From Basidiobolus meristosporus CBS 931.73 (lineage: Eukaryota > Fungi > Basidiobolomycota): a stretch of DNA of 64,000 nt. Shown here in pieces: positions 49,717 through 63,679 of this stretch. The first letter of the stretch is position 1, and the number at the start of each line of letters is the position of its first letter. Below the pieces are notes generated by a model. It saw nothing but the letters and a program-made list of their open reading frames with translations, had not been told where the DNA came from and did not search any database. The stretch is taken from positions 62,001-126,000 of the forward strand of contig MCFE01000029.1 of the NCBI GenBank assembly GCA_002104905.1, given 5' to 3'. The translations under genes were made by a program, and so were the position numbers.

Positions 49717-51423
49717 TCAAAGTTTAACACAGTATGAATTCTTGATGAACGAGTGACAGCATTTATATCCCCAGTTACCATCCTCCCAGTATGAGCCCCA
49801 CACTGAAGTATGATTGTTGATATAGACTTTTCAGGAAAGAAATAGTTAGCAAGGCTCTCGTTAGATATGCATATAGCTTGGCACTTACCATCCTCCTCGT
49901 ATTTCGACTTTGCGATAGCTCTTTCCTGACCCTTGATAACTTTACCCGTCCGAGAATATTCAACATAATTTTCTGTTTGAGCTAGCAACAGTTCCTTAGG
50001 AGGAGCCTCAAGATGCTCAACACCACCGTATTTCTCCAGAATTGAGTCACGTGTTGTGTCCTTCAATTTGTCCTTCTTTTCAAGGTACTCCTTGTGAAGC
50101 AATTCACCCTGAGTTGGATTCGCTTGCAAATGAACATTCTCATTTCCGCGGTCACTAGCCTGCCAAGCAAAGAGCTGCATCTTTGCCATTTGAGTGGCAT
50201 CTCCCGAGTAACGTACGAAGTTGTCACCAGCATAAAGAAGCTAAAAGATGTATTACTACCAGACACCAAGCCAGAAAAATTAATAGAACTTTGACAATAT
50301 ACATTTTCGGGGGCAATGTCTTTTGTAGGGTTATCACGCATGGAGCGGGTTTTGGGATCGTAGTAAGCAGAGCTGGGATCCAAGTTTCTCAAGTATTTCG
50401 CAGTATCTTCACGAATACTAAACAGAGTTATAGGGTGAACTGATTATGTATTCACAATAGCGCTTACCGCAAGTTACGAACTGTAGTTCTTGTTTTCGTG
50501 TCAACTTTTTGTCCGGGCATATCAGACTTCTCTGCGTATTTTTCTTCGTCTTCATCACTATCGTCACTAGAAAATTCGCCGCTTTTGTTCGCTAGTTTTT
50601 GAAGTTTAGCGGCTGACGCTTGGCCTTCTACAACAGCCTTGTCAAGTTCTTGAGCTTTTCGTTTCTTTCTCTCTTCCTCAATCATCTCCCACTCTACATT
50701 ATCAAGAATTAATGCAAGTAGCTCTAAGACGGTGTGAAAGTTCGCTTTTTAACATTGAACCGTGCTTACCTTTGTATAGTTCATCATGTTCTCTGGGATC
50801 GTATCCATTCCATCGATCACGCTTGCCATCAAAGCTTAGATCGACGTCTTGAATGTTTTCATCAGGCTAGATGAGGATGTTAATATAATGAAATCCCAAT
50901 TCGATCTTTTTTATCTTACTTTGATATCCTTTCCCGACCACTTGGCCCCTAATTTACGTGGACGCTCTACGCAATCTTTGGTCTGATGAGTTAACGCTCC
51001 ACAATTCTTGCAAGCCCCTTTACGGTATTTTGTCGCTGCAGGCCCGAGTTTTTGACCTCTGTTATACGCCTTCTCATTGAATTTATCTGTGCTATTTGAT
51101 GCACGTTGATGCTTTAACGTTGGCGCCCCAGTGTCGAGATACCCTAATAGAAGTGTTAGTGAATCTTGGGTAATCGACACTGCCACGAAAAGAACCTACA
51201 AGGTGCCTTTGAGATATACTGTGGAATATGAGGATTGATTTCATTTCCTTCCTCATCTCTCTCTGCCGGAGCAGTACCAGCTTTACGAGCTGCTTCAAGA
51301 TCTTTCTGTCGACGATAATCTTCTCGGCTCAGTTTAGAGCCTAAGATCGGTTAGAGTTAATAAGATTAGAAAATGTTCATACAGAATGTTGCTTTCTAAA
51401 GTCATACCATATGAAGAAGCCAT
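49717..51423 (-). CDS. SLU7: Pre-mRNA splicing factor Slu7, multi-exon
   Basis: [14 protein letters not shown]|WY; zinc knuckle [16 protein letters not shown]; KRDRWNGYD; VRNLR|[13 protein letters not shown]; YDPKTRSMR; [11 protein letters not shown]; [11 protein letters not shown]. Confidence 0.95.
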
Positions 51424-51493
51424 GATGGAAAAGTTAAACAACCAATATTTTGGCCCGTTGTGACCGACTTAATTTCTGACGCTATTCAGCTTT

Positions 51494-51507
51494 AAATCAC
51501 GTGATTT
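51494..51507. promoter_or_regulatory. Perfect palindrome containing a bHLH/Cbf1-type E-box
   Basis: AAATCACGTGATTT lies 70 bp upstream of the SLU7 ATG in the divergent SLU7/dioxygenase promoter. Confidence 0.4.
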
Positions 51508-52059
51508 CGGGATGAATTTTTCATCTGGTTCTGAACGTAAATTGAATAGAATGTATTTACGGTGTCACACTTGGTAGCTTCCACGGGCTTTGTTTAATCA
51601 GAATGAAAGCAACCGTTAGCAAATAACAGTGGTTTAAAGGGCGGAATGTCGGGTCTGCTCACTTGAATTCGAACGATGATTTTTCATTTTATTTAGCCTA
51701 GACATCCTGAGACCGTCCAATGTAAACGACTAATTGATGAGATCTATTCATATGACCACACAATGTTCAACAAACAATTGACAAATAATGCAACTCCCTG
51801 ACCCCCAAATCATCTTCGATCCGACATCCCAGAAAATGTTTGAGTTACAGTCGCTGGTGCTCACCAGCTACATCCAACCTTGCTTACGGAAATGGCACTC
51901 TGATAATCAGATCGTAACTGTTAACCTGATGATACAGCACATATTTCCATGTATTTGCCGAGCTATTTTTCCGGCGTGAGTAAATTCAGGGCACTGTCTC
52001 GGATGGAATTGTGTGTATATATAGCCTCAAAGTACTTTCACATGCAGTTTGAATGTATC

Positions 52060-53533
52060 ATGGTTTTCCGAAGGATCCTCTCTCTATCACATAGTACGGT
52101 TAATAATACCTTGGCGCGTTCAAGCCGCACTATAGCAACCCCTCTAGGGCACTTAAGACAGGTAAGCTACTTCTTATTTGACTCCCAATATTCAGCTACT
52201 ACCCGTGACTAAACCAAGTAACTGCAACAGGCCACTGCTTTAACCACTTATCGTTTGCAAACTACCCTCGCTGAGGCGACCGTAAAAGCCCCTACTGATA
52301 GTGCCCAGGATAAAGGCCAAAGTCTTGTAGTCAAGTGGCCACAGGGTGAAGGCGAGGGTCACTTCTCTTACTTATGGCTTCGTGATAACTGTCCTTGTCC
52401 ACGCTGCATCCATCCGGACAACCGCCAGAAGTTGCATTCTTCGGGCGATGTTCCTCTGGATATTAAGCCAACATCGGTAAAGGTGGAGGATGAGCAAGTA
52501 ACCATCGCTTGGTCAAAAGAGCTGCTAAACCACAGCAACTCCAACCCTCAGGCTCCTCATGTATCAACATATCCCATGAATTGGTTGAAAAACAACGGTT
52601 CTGAAGAGAGTCAAAAACGCTTCAGATATAACCATTTGTCACCAGTGGCTTGGGAGCCCAAAACGCTGGGAAAAGAAAATCTGCGTATCACATATAACGA
52701 ATATATGAATAGCGAAACTGGTCTTTTAAAATGCTTGAGGCAATTGAATGATTACGGTCTTTGCTTCCTTTCAGGGGTTCCCACAGAGGATGAGGAGGTT
52801 GTGAAAGTGGCTAAAAGAATTGGTGCTATCAAGGAGACATTTTATGGAAAATCATGGGATGTAAAAAGCGTGCCGCAAGCTAAAAACATTGCCTACACTT
52901 CGCTTTTCCTAGGACTACACATGGATCTACTGTAAGAACCTCAAGTATTCATTGATCTTCAAAGTAGATACCAACGCTTGTTTACCATCTAGTTACTTCG
53001 AATCCCCACCCGGAGTTCAGCTGCTGCATTCCCTCCGTAATGACGCTATTGGAGGCGATAGTATTTTCCTGGACTCTTTCAAGGCTGTCGAGATTCTGAA
53101 GGAGAGATATCCTGAAGATTACAAAGTTCTAACCGATATCCCGGTGACCTTCCACTACATAAACGATGGGCGTCACATGCATTTTCGACGTCCTACAATT
53201 GTGGACAATAGTTTGAACGATCATCTCATAGTCAACTATGCCCCACCTTTCCAAGGGCCTCTGGAGATCCCGCAAGAAAAGATGGGAGTCTTCTACCAAG
53301 CCTTTCAGCGTTTCACTTCCATTATTGCCGACCCATCACTCCTCTATCAGACACGCCTTAATCAAGGCGATTTAGTCCTCTTTGCCAACCGCAGGGTTTT
53401 ACATGGTAGAACCGCTTTTGACGCTGCTTCGGGGCCCCGCCATTTCAAGGGAACCTATATAGACCTGGATGACTTTAAGGACCGCCTGCGCGTGTACCTT
53501 GAGAAAGCAGACACTAACTCACTTCAAAACTAA
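52060..53533 (+). CDS. Gamma-butyrobetaine hydroxylase-like Fe(II)/2OG dioxygenase (Aim17-like, likely mitochondrial), 3 exons
   Basis: Arg/Ser-rich N-terminus; GBBH-N motif WLRDNCPCPRC; LGLHMDLL|YFESPPGVQLLH; FANRRVLHGRTAF. Confidence 0.9.
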
Positions 53534-53936
53534 TCTGGCATATACATCCTATCCATCAATGGGTCTCAAGGCCCTTTTTGAAGACCTCATTAGTACAGAT
53601 AAATCTAAACAATAAAAGGAAATCAGCCTTAAACTTGCCCGATCACTTCTATAGCAGTAATTGTATTGCCCGTCGAGCATGCTTTTATGCGTTGATAACC
53701 ATGCACAAGATCAGCAGCATCAGACCGTTTCCACATTTTGATGATTATCTGATACCAAGGGCCAATCACGTTGGAAGTAGATGAAGATATCTCTTTTAAC
53801 AATCGCATTCCTCAGATGACATTCGTTTGTGCCTGGATATTCGATGACTCATTTTTCGTAACATGCTATCACTGGTTTCGTTATATATACCGCTGCATAC
53901 CGCTTGTCAAGCTTCTACACTATTGTATCCTTCATA

Positions 53937-55194
53937 ATGTTCAATATCGGTATTGTTGGTCCTGGCCTCGTTGGCAGCGAGCTTTTAGTTCAATTGAAGA
54001 ACTACATCACCAGAAAATCTGACAGCTTGGCTGTCACCGCTATCATCAATTCTTCTCGCATGCTCTTGAACCCCAGCTCTCAAAACCTAGACTTATCTGC
54101 CTGGAAAGAGTTGCTAACTACCAAAGGCCTTCCAGCTGATTTGAAGAAGTTTGCTGACCACCTTGCTGCAGGCCCTAATCACTCTATCATTATTGATTGT
54201 ACTTCAAGCGATTTTATTGCCGAGCAATATCCTCTCTGGCTTGAGCAGGGCATCAGCGTTGTCACACCCAACAAAAAGGGCTTTGCCGGAGATCTTTCTT
54301 TGTACAAGAAGATCTTGTCTCTTACCTCCGGAGCTCAGGCGCCCTTTGTATACCATGAGGCCACTGTTGGTGCCGGTCTTCCAGTCCTAAGCACTCTTTC
54401 GGACCTGGTGAAGACTGGCGATCGTATCGTCAAAATCGAGGGTATCTTCTCCGGTACACTCTCATATCTGTTCAACAACTATTCTACTTTGGACGCATCT
54501 GCTCCCAAGCAGAACTTCTCCGATATTGTGAAGATTGCCAAGGATAATGGCTACACCGTAAGTACAGTTGAGATGGGTCCAACGAAGTAACCCCCCAAAG
54601 TAACCTTGCGCTGCCATTTAGGAACCCGACCCACGTGACGATCTCAACGGTATGGATGTTGCTCGCAAGGTTAGTCCGGTCGTTGGCATCAGCCTTGAGT
54701 ATATGCTGATATTATTTGTAGGTGACGATTTTAGGTAGAGTTGCTGGACTTGATGTTTCCTTGGAGACTTTATCCGTCGAGAACATTGTACCCGAAGAGT
54801 TGCGCTCGGTTGCCACTGCTGACGAGTTTATGCAAAAGCTTCCTCAGTTCGATGCCCATTTCGCTGCTTTGAACGAATCCGCATTGGCCAACAACGAAGT
54901 TCTCAGATATGTTGGTGTGGTTGATCCCAATGGTGAGAGCTCCGTAAAGTTGATGAGGTGAGTATGGGTACGGGAAGTCCATAATCTTCGTCATTCTAAA
55001 CACCCGCATTTAGATACCCCGCCTCCCATCCATTTGCCTCACTTAAGGGCAGTGACAACATTATTGCATTCACTACCGAGAGATTCCCCAGCCCACTTAT
55101 CGTTCAGGGCGCCGGTGCCGGTGCTGCAGTCACAGCTTTTGGAATCTTCTCGGATATCTTGAAGATCACAGAGCGTTTAAGCAGTAGATTGTAA
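53937..55194 (+). CDS. HOM6: Homoserine dehydrogenase, 4 exons
   Basis: IVGPGLVG; VVTPNKK; EATVGAGLP; IFSGTLSY; EPDPRDDLNGMDVARK; QGAGAGAAVTA. Confidence 0.96.
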
Positions 55195-55767
55195 ATTTCT
55201 TGAACTTTGCTTGTCTCATGCATCGCAGCTCCATTCTGCAAATTTCGGCTGGCCTTACAGCGGGTTCAGTCATTTAGCATTTCTTAAATAAATCAGTTCG
55301 ATGTTACGGTCGTATGATTGTGCATAGAAACCTCATGACCACACAGGTGGTGCCTGTAAATTGCGTTACTTTCCAAACTGAGAGCAATAACACCAGGTGC
55401 AGAGATGAAAATATTCTCCGAATGTTGGTCATTCCCCGAAATATAGAGACTCCCTGGTGATTGGCTGGCGAATCAAACCGAGTTGTAATTTGACTCAACA
55501 GGAAATCAACAACGAAATGGGATATGATTCTTAAATAAGTTGAAAATGGGCGATGCTAATAGGATGGCCTCTCTCAGGCTTGCCTAAAATTAGACCAGGT
55601 TTTTCTTGTAGACATTACTCTTCGATCTTTTTGGTAAACAAACTTGTTAGTTCTTTTTGTAGACCCATATTATTTTCAATTAGTTCTTTCTTCCAAACCT
55701 CGAGAGCAGCACACAACTTGAATTGGTTCCATCCCTAATTCAAGTACCCTTCCAAGTAATTGTCCTC

Positions 55768-57972
55768 ATGGTAACCACCTCCGAAACACACCCTCTTGGC
55801 TCAAAAATTCGCCCAGTCTTTGCCCCCGATCCAAACCAATATGATTATATGTGTGAAGAGCCGCCGGTACGAAAAATCAGTGCCGCTGAATTTGTAACCT
55901 TCCATAAAGCCTACAATGCTCAACCACTTCCAGTCCATACCCTTTTCCCGTGGTTACATGCTATTGACCTGACGGATTACGAAAAAGGAAAACTTTTCAA
56001 GCTGAGCCAGCCTGATCTTCCCTACTACAAGGGGCTCGTTCTACTTCATAGCTCCAAAGAAGCAACCAAATGTCGACTTTCAGGCTCAGTCTTTTTTGAA
56101 GAAATTATCACTTCTACTCCCACTACTACTGGACAGCCTCCAGTCTGGTCATTTCTCCCTCCACAGAGCCTAGTTACCAACGATGGAGCTCTAAATTTGA
56201 GGAATTTCGCCAGCCAGATTGCTCGATATGCTTCCATTTCAGATATTGTAGTTTATAGTACCGAAGGTGACGATGCCGCTTTGGAAATGGCCCAAAAGGT
56301 ATCTCTCGCCCAAATGAACATAGCACAAGCAAGGAAAGCCAGTCAAGGGTATAATGGAATAACATATAATACTTACGTAGTAGTCGGTATGCAGATTAGT
56401 TTTATATGATTTTTCGTCAGGCCGACTCCTAAAATGACTTCTTTAGACCCATTCTCCAAGATAGAGGCCTTACTCCCGGAACTCGTAACTGTTGATGCTC
56501 AAGGGTGTATAAAGAATTATATAAACTACTGGTCACAGGAGCGGGAAGAGTGCAGAATCTTTACCAGGGCAAGCGAAGTGTCCTCCAACGTCTGGGTAAG
56601 GCCTACTTTAATACAATCCTGCAATCTGCTGGAAAACTAATCCCTCATAATCCCAGGTGGGAAATGGCAAAGATGCACCGTTCAGTAAACCGGACGAATT
56701 ATATCCTGTCCCTGAGATATACAACCTGGCTACGTCAAACCCCAACAACATATCAATTTGCTTTGAGACTTCCGAGTTTGCTGAGTATCCTGACGACGCT
56801 GACCTTGAAGCGTTGGCTCAGAAGCTTATCAAGCTCCCACCTCCGGAGAGTAAAAGCTTGTCCGGACCAACAGTTCATATGAAAGTTGGAGTTGGGATTT
56901 CGCACCCTTCCGAATCCATGGAATCAGTTACTACGCGAATCGTGAATACTGTCCAGTTCATCAAGAGACAAGCGGAGGAGGGCCGGCGTATACTGATCTA
57001 TTGTGGCGATGGTTACTCCGAAACCTCTGTCCTTGTGCTTACCTATCTTATGTATTGTTACCGGTTAACCCTTCCGCAGGCATACTTTATATTGCAGACC
57101 AAGCGAAGCTTTTCTGTGGCCCAACACGATCTAGAGCTTCTGATGTGTGTCGAGGATTTAGTATGGGCCACAATAGAGGCAGAGAAGGAGCATCAGGGAA
57201 GCCTAAATGCTGCTGGTAACGACAAGTGCCAAATTAATGTTTCAGACAACCTCACCCTTCAAACGGATCTGTTGGCTGCCAAGGAAATAGGCTCCAGTTG
57301 GTTCTACAACTCCAAGTTTAGAGGTACTCTAGGAATGCTCATTCAGAAGCTGCATTTGATGTGAACTAACGGTCGTGAATTTTGCCACAGGCTCGTTTCC
57401 TTCGAGAATATTACCCTATTTGTATCTTGGAGACTACAACCACGCCACAAACCCTGATCTCCTGAGGCTACTAGGAATTACACATATCCTCAGTGCCGGT
57501 GAAGACACTAAGCAATCCACGCGTGCCTTCGAGATATTGTATTTGGATAACCTCCTAGACGACGGTGTTGATTCCTTGGTTCCTTACTTGGATGAGTGTG
57601 TAGAGTTCATAGGTGAGTCATTCCTAACATAGTTATGGTTGGTTCGAATGCTAACATTAATCTTCCACGTCAGAGGCAGCCGAGGCAGCCCACAAGAAGG
57701 TTCTGGTGCACTGTCGAGTCGGTGTGTCCCGATCAGCTAGCATTGTGATTGCCTATCTTATGAAAGCACTGAAGAAATCCTTTTCCGAAGCGTATCTGAT
57801 TACCAGGGCCCGACGAATGACAGTTGTTATCCAGCCAAACCTTCGGTTCGTATACGAGTTGTTAATGTATGAGCGTAGATTAATAGAGCAAGGTCACCTC
57901 CAGTACGGCAGTGGATCTTGGATGGTGGTCTGCAAAAGTATTCACGGATTGAACTCGCTATACAATATTTAA
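55768..57972 (+). CDS. PPS1: Dual-specificity protein phosphatase, Pps1-like, multi-exon
   Basis: LFPWLH; LNLRNF..Q; degenerate first DSP motif ILIYCGDGYSETS; PSRILPYLYLG; active motif VHCRVGVSRSASIVIAYLM; IQPNLRFVYEL. Confidence 0.85.
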
Positions 57973-58500
57973 TCTTAATAGATTTACCATTAATCCTATA
58001 ATCTCCCACTGCCTCCACTACCCTGGGCCTTTAAAGCTTGGTTTCTATTTTATTCTAATGCAATAACGGAAATTTTGTCAAATTTTGCTATAATGATCAT
58101 AATAAATCCAGAAGTCCTAAATGTACAAGCATTTGCCTCTGACTCAACTTGCTTCGAGCTTCGCTTCCGCTCAGAGTGTCACAGAAATACTCAATACTGA
58201 TGATCAAAGCAGTCACTTTTCTTCTGCCATCGTGATCTGGTTTTCGATAAAAACGTTCTGACGGACGCTTGCACTGCCTCAGAGTGATTTACGATTTCCT
58301 TACAGCATCAATATCAACGATTTCTCGAGAGGATTTAATCTACCTACGTGTCCAGCTTCTCAAATTAATAGAAATCAATGATAATGAGTGCGCACGGAAG
58401 GAATGAAGTACCACCTTCAGCATTCTCATTTATTCAACTACTGAACCGAAAATGGATCAAATGCTCCTGGATATTGACACCAGTCTTCGAACACATCTCT

Positions 58501-59105
58501 CTACAAATCTTTCTTAAGAACTTGAAGGTAGATGCCCTTCTGTTTGAGCAGGTGCGGCCATGGAAATGGCTCGGTTTCTCCGGTTTTGTAGAAACCAAGT
58601 CGTTGATACCAGGCTAGAACGTCGGCCCGTGAACAAAGAACCCAGATTACCGCGCGCTCTTGCTTTCCTTTCATGCGGTCAAGCGCTGTAGCGACCAACG
58701 TGCCACCAATACCTTTCGATTGATAAGCTGGGTCGACCGAGAATAGCCCAAGCAATTTCTCTTTGGGGTCAACTAGGTCTTGAATTCGAATGCAGCCAAC
58801 GATCTTTGTTTCACCCGAGTCTTGAAGCTCTGCTAAAATAAACGGTTGCTTATCGTCACAGACGATCTCTTTCAAGGCATCTTTGGTGATACGTTCTCCA
58901 CTAACTATATGAGCCTCGGTTGCCCATGATTTTTCTTGAAGAGAATATCAAACTACTGATTTATAGGCAACAGAATAAGTGAGGAACAAGTACCTGTACG
59001 GAAAGCTTCATGTATCATAGCATGGATTCGATCTATGTTCTTCTCGTCGGAAGAGGTGGCCACTCGAGTGGACACCTTGGCTTTGGTATCGGATGCAGAA
59101 AGCAT
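58501..59105 (-). CDS. GNAT-family N-acetyltransferase, 2 exons
   Basis: IHEAFRT|EKSWATEAHIVSGERI; LGLFSVDPAYQSKGIG (acetyl-CoA binding motif); WYQRLGF..TGETEPFP. Confidence 0.85.
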
Positions 59106-60045
59106 GAGCGACAATCTATGGTCTATGAATATACCGCAACGCTTGCTAGTATTAATAATAGAATTGATTATGACACAATTTGAGTCACGACCATTCATTC
59201 AGCATCGACTTCAGCCGATGAGAATATTAATAATTACACGGAGCGGATCACTTGAAATAGGAACGTCTAGTGGCGACTGGCATGAGTGACAGTATGCATG
59301 CGTGGCAAGCGCACTTGCGCCCATCTCCTCTGTGGAATAAAATAATTTAGCATGCCGGTCATATAACAAATTCTGTTGCCGTTTGGACTACTTGGGTCAG
59401 GAGTTTGGGACTGGGCCGTACGGATTTAGAATGGGCATGTGTACTCGAGTCGTCACAGCTAATCAGCCACGGTTCTTAATTCATCGAAGTTAAGCGAGAT
59501 AGCTTGAGGATAGCTTAAAAGCCTGTGAATGGTTGGTTGCGTAATCTATGCCGTTCAACTATGAACAAGCCACCAAGATACATTGTGATGTTCTTCTGGA
59601 TACTCTTTGCGAATGAATCACTGCTTCCAAGTAAAGAATGTAACTGGTTGAAGGCCCCAAGCAAGTAACACAAATGCAGTCAAGCATCTCACATTAATCT
59701 GCCAATCTACCCAGGAATCCCAGTTTACGCACACCAACGATACTGGGTCTATGCTGAACATGCAGATTCGGGCGGGCAAATATAACATCCGTGTAATATG
59801 TAAACTTTGCATTGAATATGAAACCAACCTCAACGTAATCATCTCATGAAATATACTATCAAAAGGATGAAGTAGTGCTGGTGAGCCGATACCGGATCAT
59901 CTCGTAAGTATGGAGTTTGATGCAATTGGCAAATCTGGACCTCTCGGTTCGTTGCTGTAGTGATATTCAAACCGCGTACCAGGATATCTTTTTATCATAA
60001 CGCTCCACAATCCCCACCCGGCTCCTCTCCTTCCCATAGACGAAA

Positions 60046-60723
60046 ATGACTCTGCATCGCGCATTTGGAGAAGGGATCAGGCCGAGCATCAGTGAACAAT
60101 CTTTAGATGACATTTACGGAGTGCCTGAAAACTTCCTCGAGATAGAAGTGAGAAATCCACAAACACATGGTAACTGAGTATCAACATACGTGTGTATGCA
60201 GAAGCCTCATTGTCTTTTTAACCAGGGTTTGGAAGGAAAATGTACACAGACTATGAGATAGTATGCAGAGTAAGTAATAGGTTCATAGAAGGATCGGCTT
60301 TATTCCTGTGGGAATGAACGGTTTAGTAGCTCCATTTTGCTGACCGCTACTTTCCTAGACAAATCTTCCTACTTTCAAGTTAGATTCCTCCTCCGTGCGT
60401 AGACGTTATCGAGACTTTGAATGGTTTCGCGATACGTTGGAAAGAGAATGTCCCCGTGTGAATATACCCCATCTCCCGGGTAAAGTGTTCACCAAGCGAT
60501 TCTCTGATGAAACAATCGAGCATCGCCGTGAAGGCTTGGAAAGATTCCTTCAAATGTCAGAATAGGCATTTTTCAACCATACAGACCCTACTATCACCAA
60601 CAAAACAACTAACCTGAACATTTAACTAGTGTTGCCGGCCATCCTTTGATACAAACTGGCAGCAAAATTCTGGCCCCATTTATTCAAGATCCCAACTTTT
60701 CCAGGGAGCATTACGAATATTAA
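60046..60723 (+). CDS. SNX3: Sorting nexin-3 (PX domain), 4 exons
   Basis: [18 protein letters not shown]; YTDYEI; [13 protein letters not shown]; IPHLPGKVF; [10 protein letters not shown]|[13 protein letters not shown]. Confidence 0.95.
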
Positions 60724-61765
60724 CCTTCACTTCCAAAGCTCTCGGGTTTCTTTTGTCTGAGTCGCATCCGTGTTGAGGGGTACTATTTAACACTTTTATT
60801 TTCATAGTCTTGTATACAACAGTCTTGCTAAAACGAAATCCCTATATATTACTGAAATACGCATATGTCAAACTGGTTGGTAAATCTGGAATGTTACGTC
60901 TCGGTTTCCCTGTAAAGCCTATAAACATTCTACAATTATACCATGTCCTCGACAAACAAACCACTTTACATACCCATGCTGGTATATGGCTCAAGCCACC
61001 CTTTTTCAACATGCAATCAGGCTTTTGGAAAAAATATCCACGTCATGTGTGCAGAGTGTTAGCGATCATTCCCCTTGGGGGACAGTTCTTCAGCCGGCCT
61101 TTAAACAATGTTTAGTATTAGTCATGTGTTTAAGGGACTGTGGGATTTTTAATTATGGATTGAATCACTCCACTATACCAAAATATAGAATGATTACTAA
61201 ACTCCAAATGAATACAATCGAATATTTAGCCGTTGGCTAAGCAGATTACGCTGAGTCCATCTTGTACAAAGTGTCATGGAATTTGATCGAAACAGATAGA
61301 AGCTTTAATGAATCCGGATAGTTTTGGGGGTGAGGGGGCTGCTTTCAGCAGGCTGGTCACAGCAACCGGAAGAATCCGAAATGTTAGACAATTCCTGGAT
61401 TCATTGGTTTATGGTGAGGATTTTTTTCTCATGGAAGGAAAAAACAATAATTCAACCGCGATTCATTCGTTGAAAAGAGAGATTCCAAAGATTTTAGAAT
61501 TCGCAATTGGGCTACCTGTATGATGTGGTTGTTGCATGGAGATCTTTGTTAGAGTAGGGGGAAATATATGTTCTCCGGATTTACTCATCTGGGGAGATTT
61601 TTTGTTTTTTTTTGGTGCAATCCGCTTCCCTGATATATATTTCATCAAGGCCATGTTTTGAAGTTGGTCCGACATTATCCTTGCTTTATTAGCAGCGGTT
61701 GCTCTTTGTTCTATTCTGTCAGTCCTTTTTCGCCTGCTGTTTACGTTACTTGTTGAATAATAACC

Positions 61766-63679
61766 ATGACCAACGAAATTAAGTAAGTTAGCGCCTCCCT
61801 TTGCTCAAATAAAATTTTGGAATAAGTCATCTAGATGAAGATGGGTTTTGGAACTTTTGCTAAACTCTCGTTTCTTCTTTAGCACTGCTGAAGAAATCAA
61901 AAATCAAGCTAACCAGGAATACAAGCTTGGCCATTATGAGGAAGCTATCAAGTTGTATACCCAAGCGATCGGTTGGTTCAATTATAACCTATGAGTGTTT
62001 GCGCTTAGCCAAGTAACCTTGTGATTTTCTTTAGATATCTCCCCAGTAGCTGCTTACTACGGTAACAGAGCTGCGGCCGCTATGATGCTTAGAAAGTACA
62101 AGGATGCAGTAGAGGATTGTCGTAAGGCGATAGCCCTTGATGACACCTTCCAAAAGGTATTGTTTTCATAGCGCACTTTACATCTTGATTGCAATGTGGC
62201 TGATGGTTTGAAAAAGGGCTACTTCCGTTTGGCTAGATGTTATTTGGCTTTGGGTAGCTTATCGGAGTCTGGGCGTCAATTCAACCTTATCCTTCAAGCG
62301 GATCCTATGAATGCTCAAGCCCGCAAGGAGTTGAATAATCTTCAAAACTACCAAATTCTTTTGGAACAAACTGGTTCCTATTTCGAAGCCAAGGATTATT
62401 CTCATGCACTGGCATGTATTTCCAAGCTGATTTCCACTGTAGAGACTAGCTCCGACGGTATTACTGCACCTGTCAAATGGAAGTTGCTTCGTGGTGAAAT
62501 CTTGTGCGCTACCAAGAATTTCGATGATGCAGTAAGGATTGCAAGGTATGTGCCATGACTTTGAAACGTTCTGTGTATTGGAAATACTAATGTTGTACTT
62601 GCATTCAAAAGTGAAGTGATGCGTGCGGATCCAACCAATCCTGATGCCTTATACTTGAGAGCCACCATTCTTTACCGTCAAGGTGACCACGCTAAGGCTC
62701 TGGCTCATTGCACAGAAGCTTTGAGATGTGATCCTGACTACCACAAGGCGAGAACTTTGTTGAAGGTAATTGTTTGCATAGTTGGAAGCCGAAGCCGCGA
62801 GTACTCATCATCTTTCATCTATAGACCATCAAAGCCATCGACAGCAAGAAGAAAGCCGGAAACGAGGCTTACTTGGCCGGTAACTACCAAGAAGCTTACG
62901 ACTTGTACTCCGCTGCCCTCGAAATCGATAGTGACAACTCCCTCAGTAACTCCAAGATCTACAGCAATAGGGCTACTGCCTCTGCTAAGGTAATCCTCAT
63001 CTATCGTCTTTAACTAGGTTCTTCTACTAATGATGACATTTAGATGAACAAATATCAACAAGCAGTTGATGATTGTAACGTTGCTATCGAGCTGGACCCT
63101 AGCTTTGTCAAAGCTTACAGACGTAGGGCAGACAACTATCTCAAACTCGAAATGTTCGATGATGCTGTTAAGGACCTCCGCAGCGCTCTAGATCTGGATC
63201 AGGGCAACCGTGAAATTCGTCAAGAGCTACACAATGCCGAGTTGGAGTTGAAGAAGTCTAAGCGCGTCGACTATTACAAGGTGTTGGGTGTTAGCAAGGA
63301 TGCCAGTGATAGCGAGATTAAAAAAGCCTACAGAAAGCTTGCTCTTCAATATCACCCAGACAAGAATGCTGGCGATGAACAGGCCGAGGTCAAGTTCAAG
63401 GAAATTGGTGAGGCATATACCATTCTTTCGGATCCTGCTAAGCGTCAACGATTTGATTCCGGTGCTGACCTTGAAGGCGGTATGGGTATGGGTGGAGGTT
63501 TTGGAGGTGACGATCTCAACGACGTGTTCTTCCAGATGTTCACTGGTGGCCAAGGCGGCTTTGGAGGTGCTCATGGCGGTTTTGGTGGAGGATTTGGCGG
63601 CCATAGTCATGGTTTTGGAGGTGGCAGACAGTATAATGGTGGCTTTCCTTCTGGATACAGTCAATTTGGTGGATTTTAA
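61766..63679 (+). CDS. DNAJC7: TPR-repeat J-domain co-chaperone (DNAJC7/Tpr2-like), ~7 exons
   Basis: Multiple TPRs ([28 protein letters not shown]; YYGNRAAA; KIYSNRA); J domain DYYKVLGV...LQYHPDKN; Gly/Phe-rich tail. Confidence 0.93.

Noticed and set aside
49600-49760. SLU7 ends right after the CCHS..KNSYC motif, suggesting truncation
   Set aside because: All core motifs are present and short Slu7 proteins occur in yeasts; I cannot show a defect without RNA data.
44200-57660. GGTTCGA(A) T-loop-like strings (e.g. ~44207, ~57640) as tRNA candidates
   Set aside because: No cloverleaf stems around them; one lies inside an intron.
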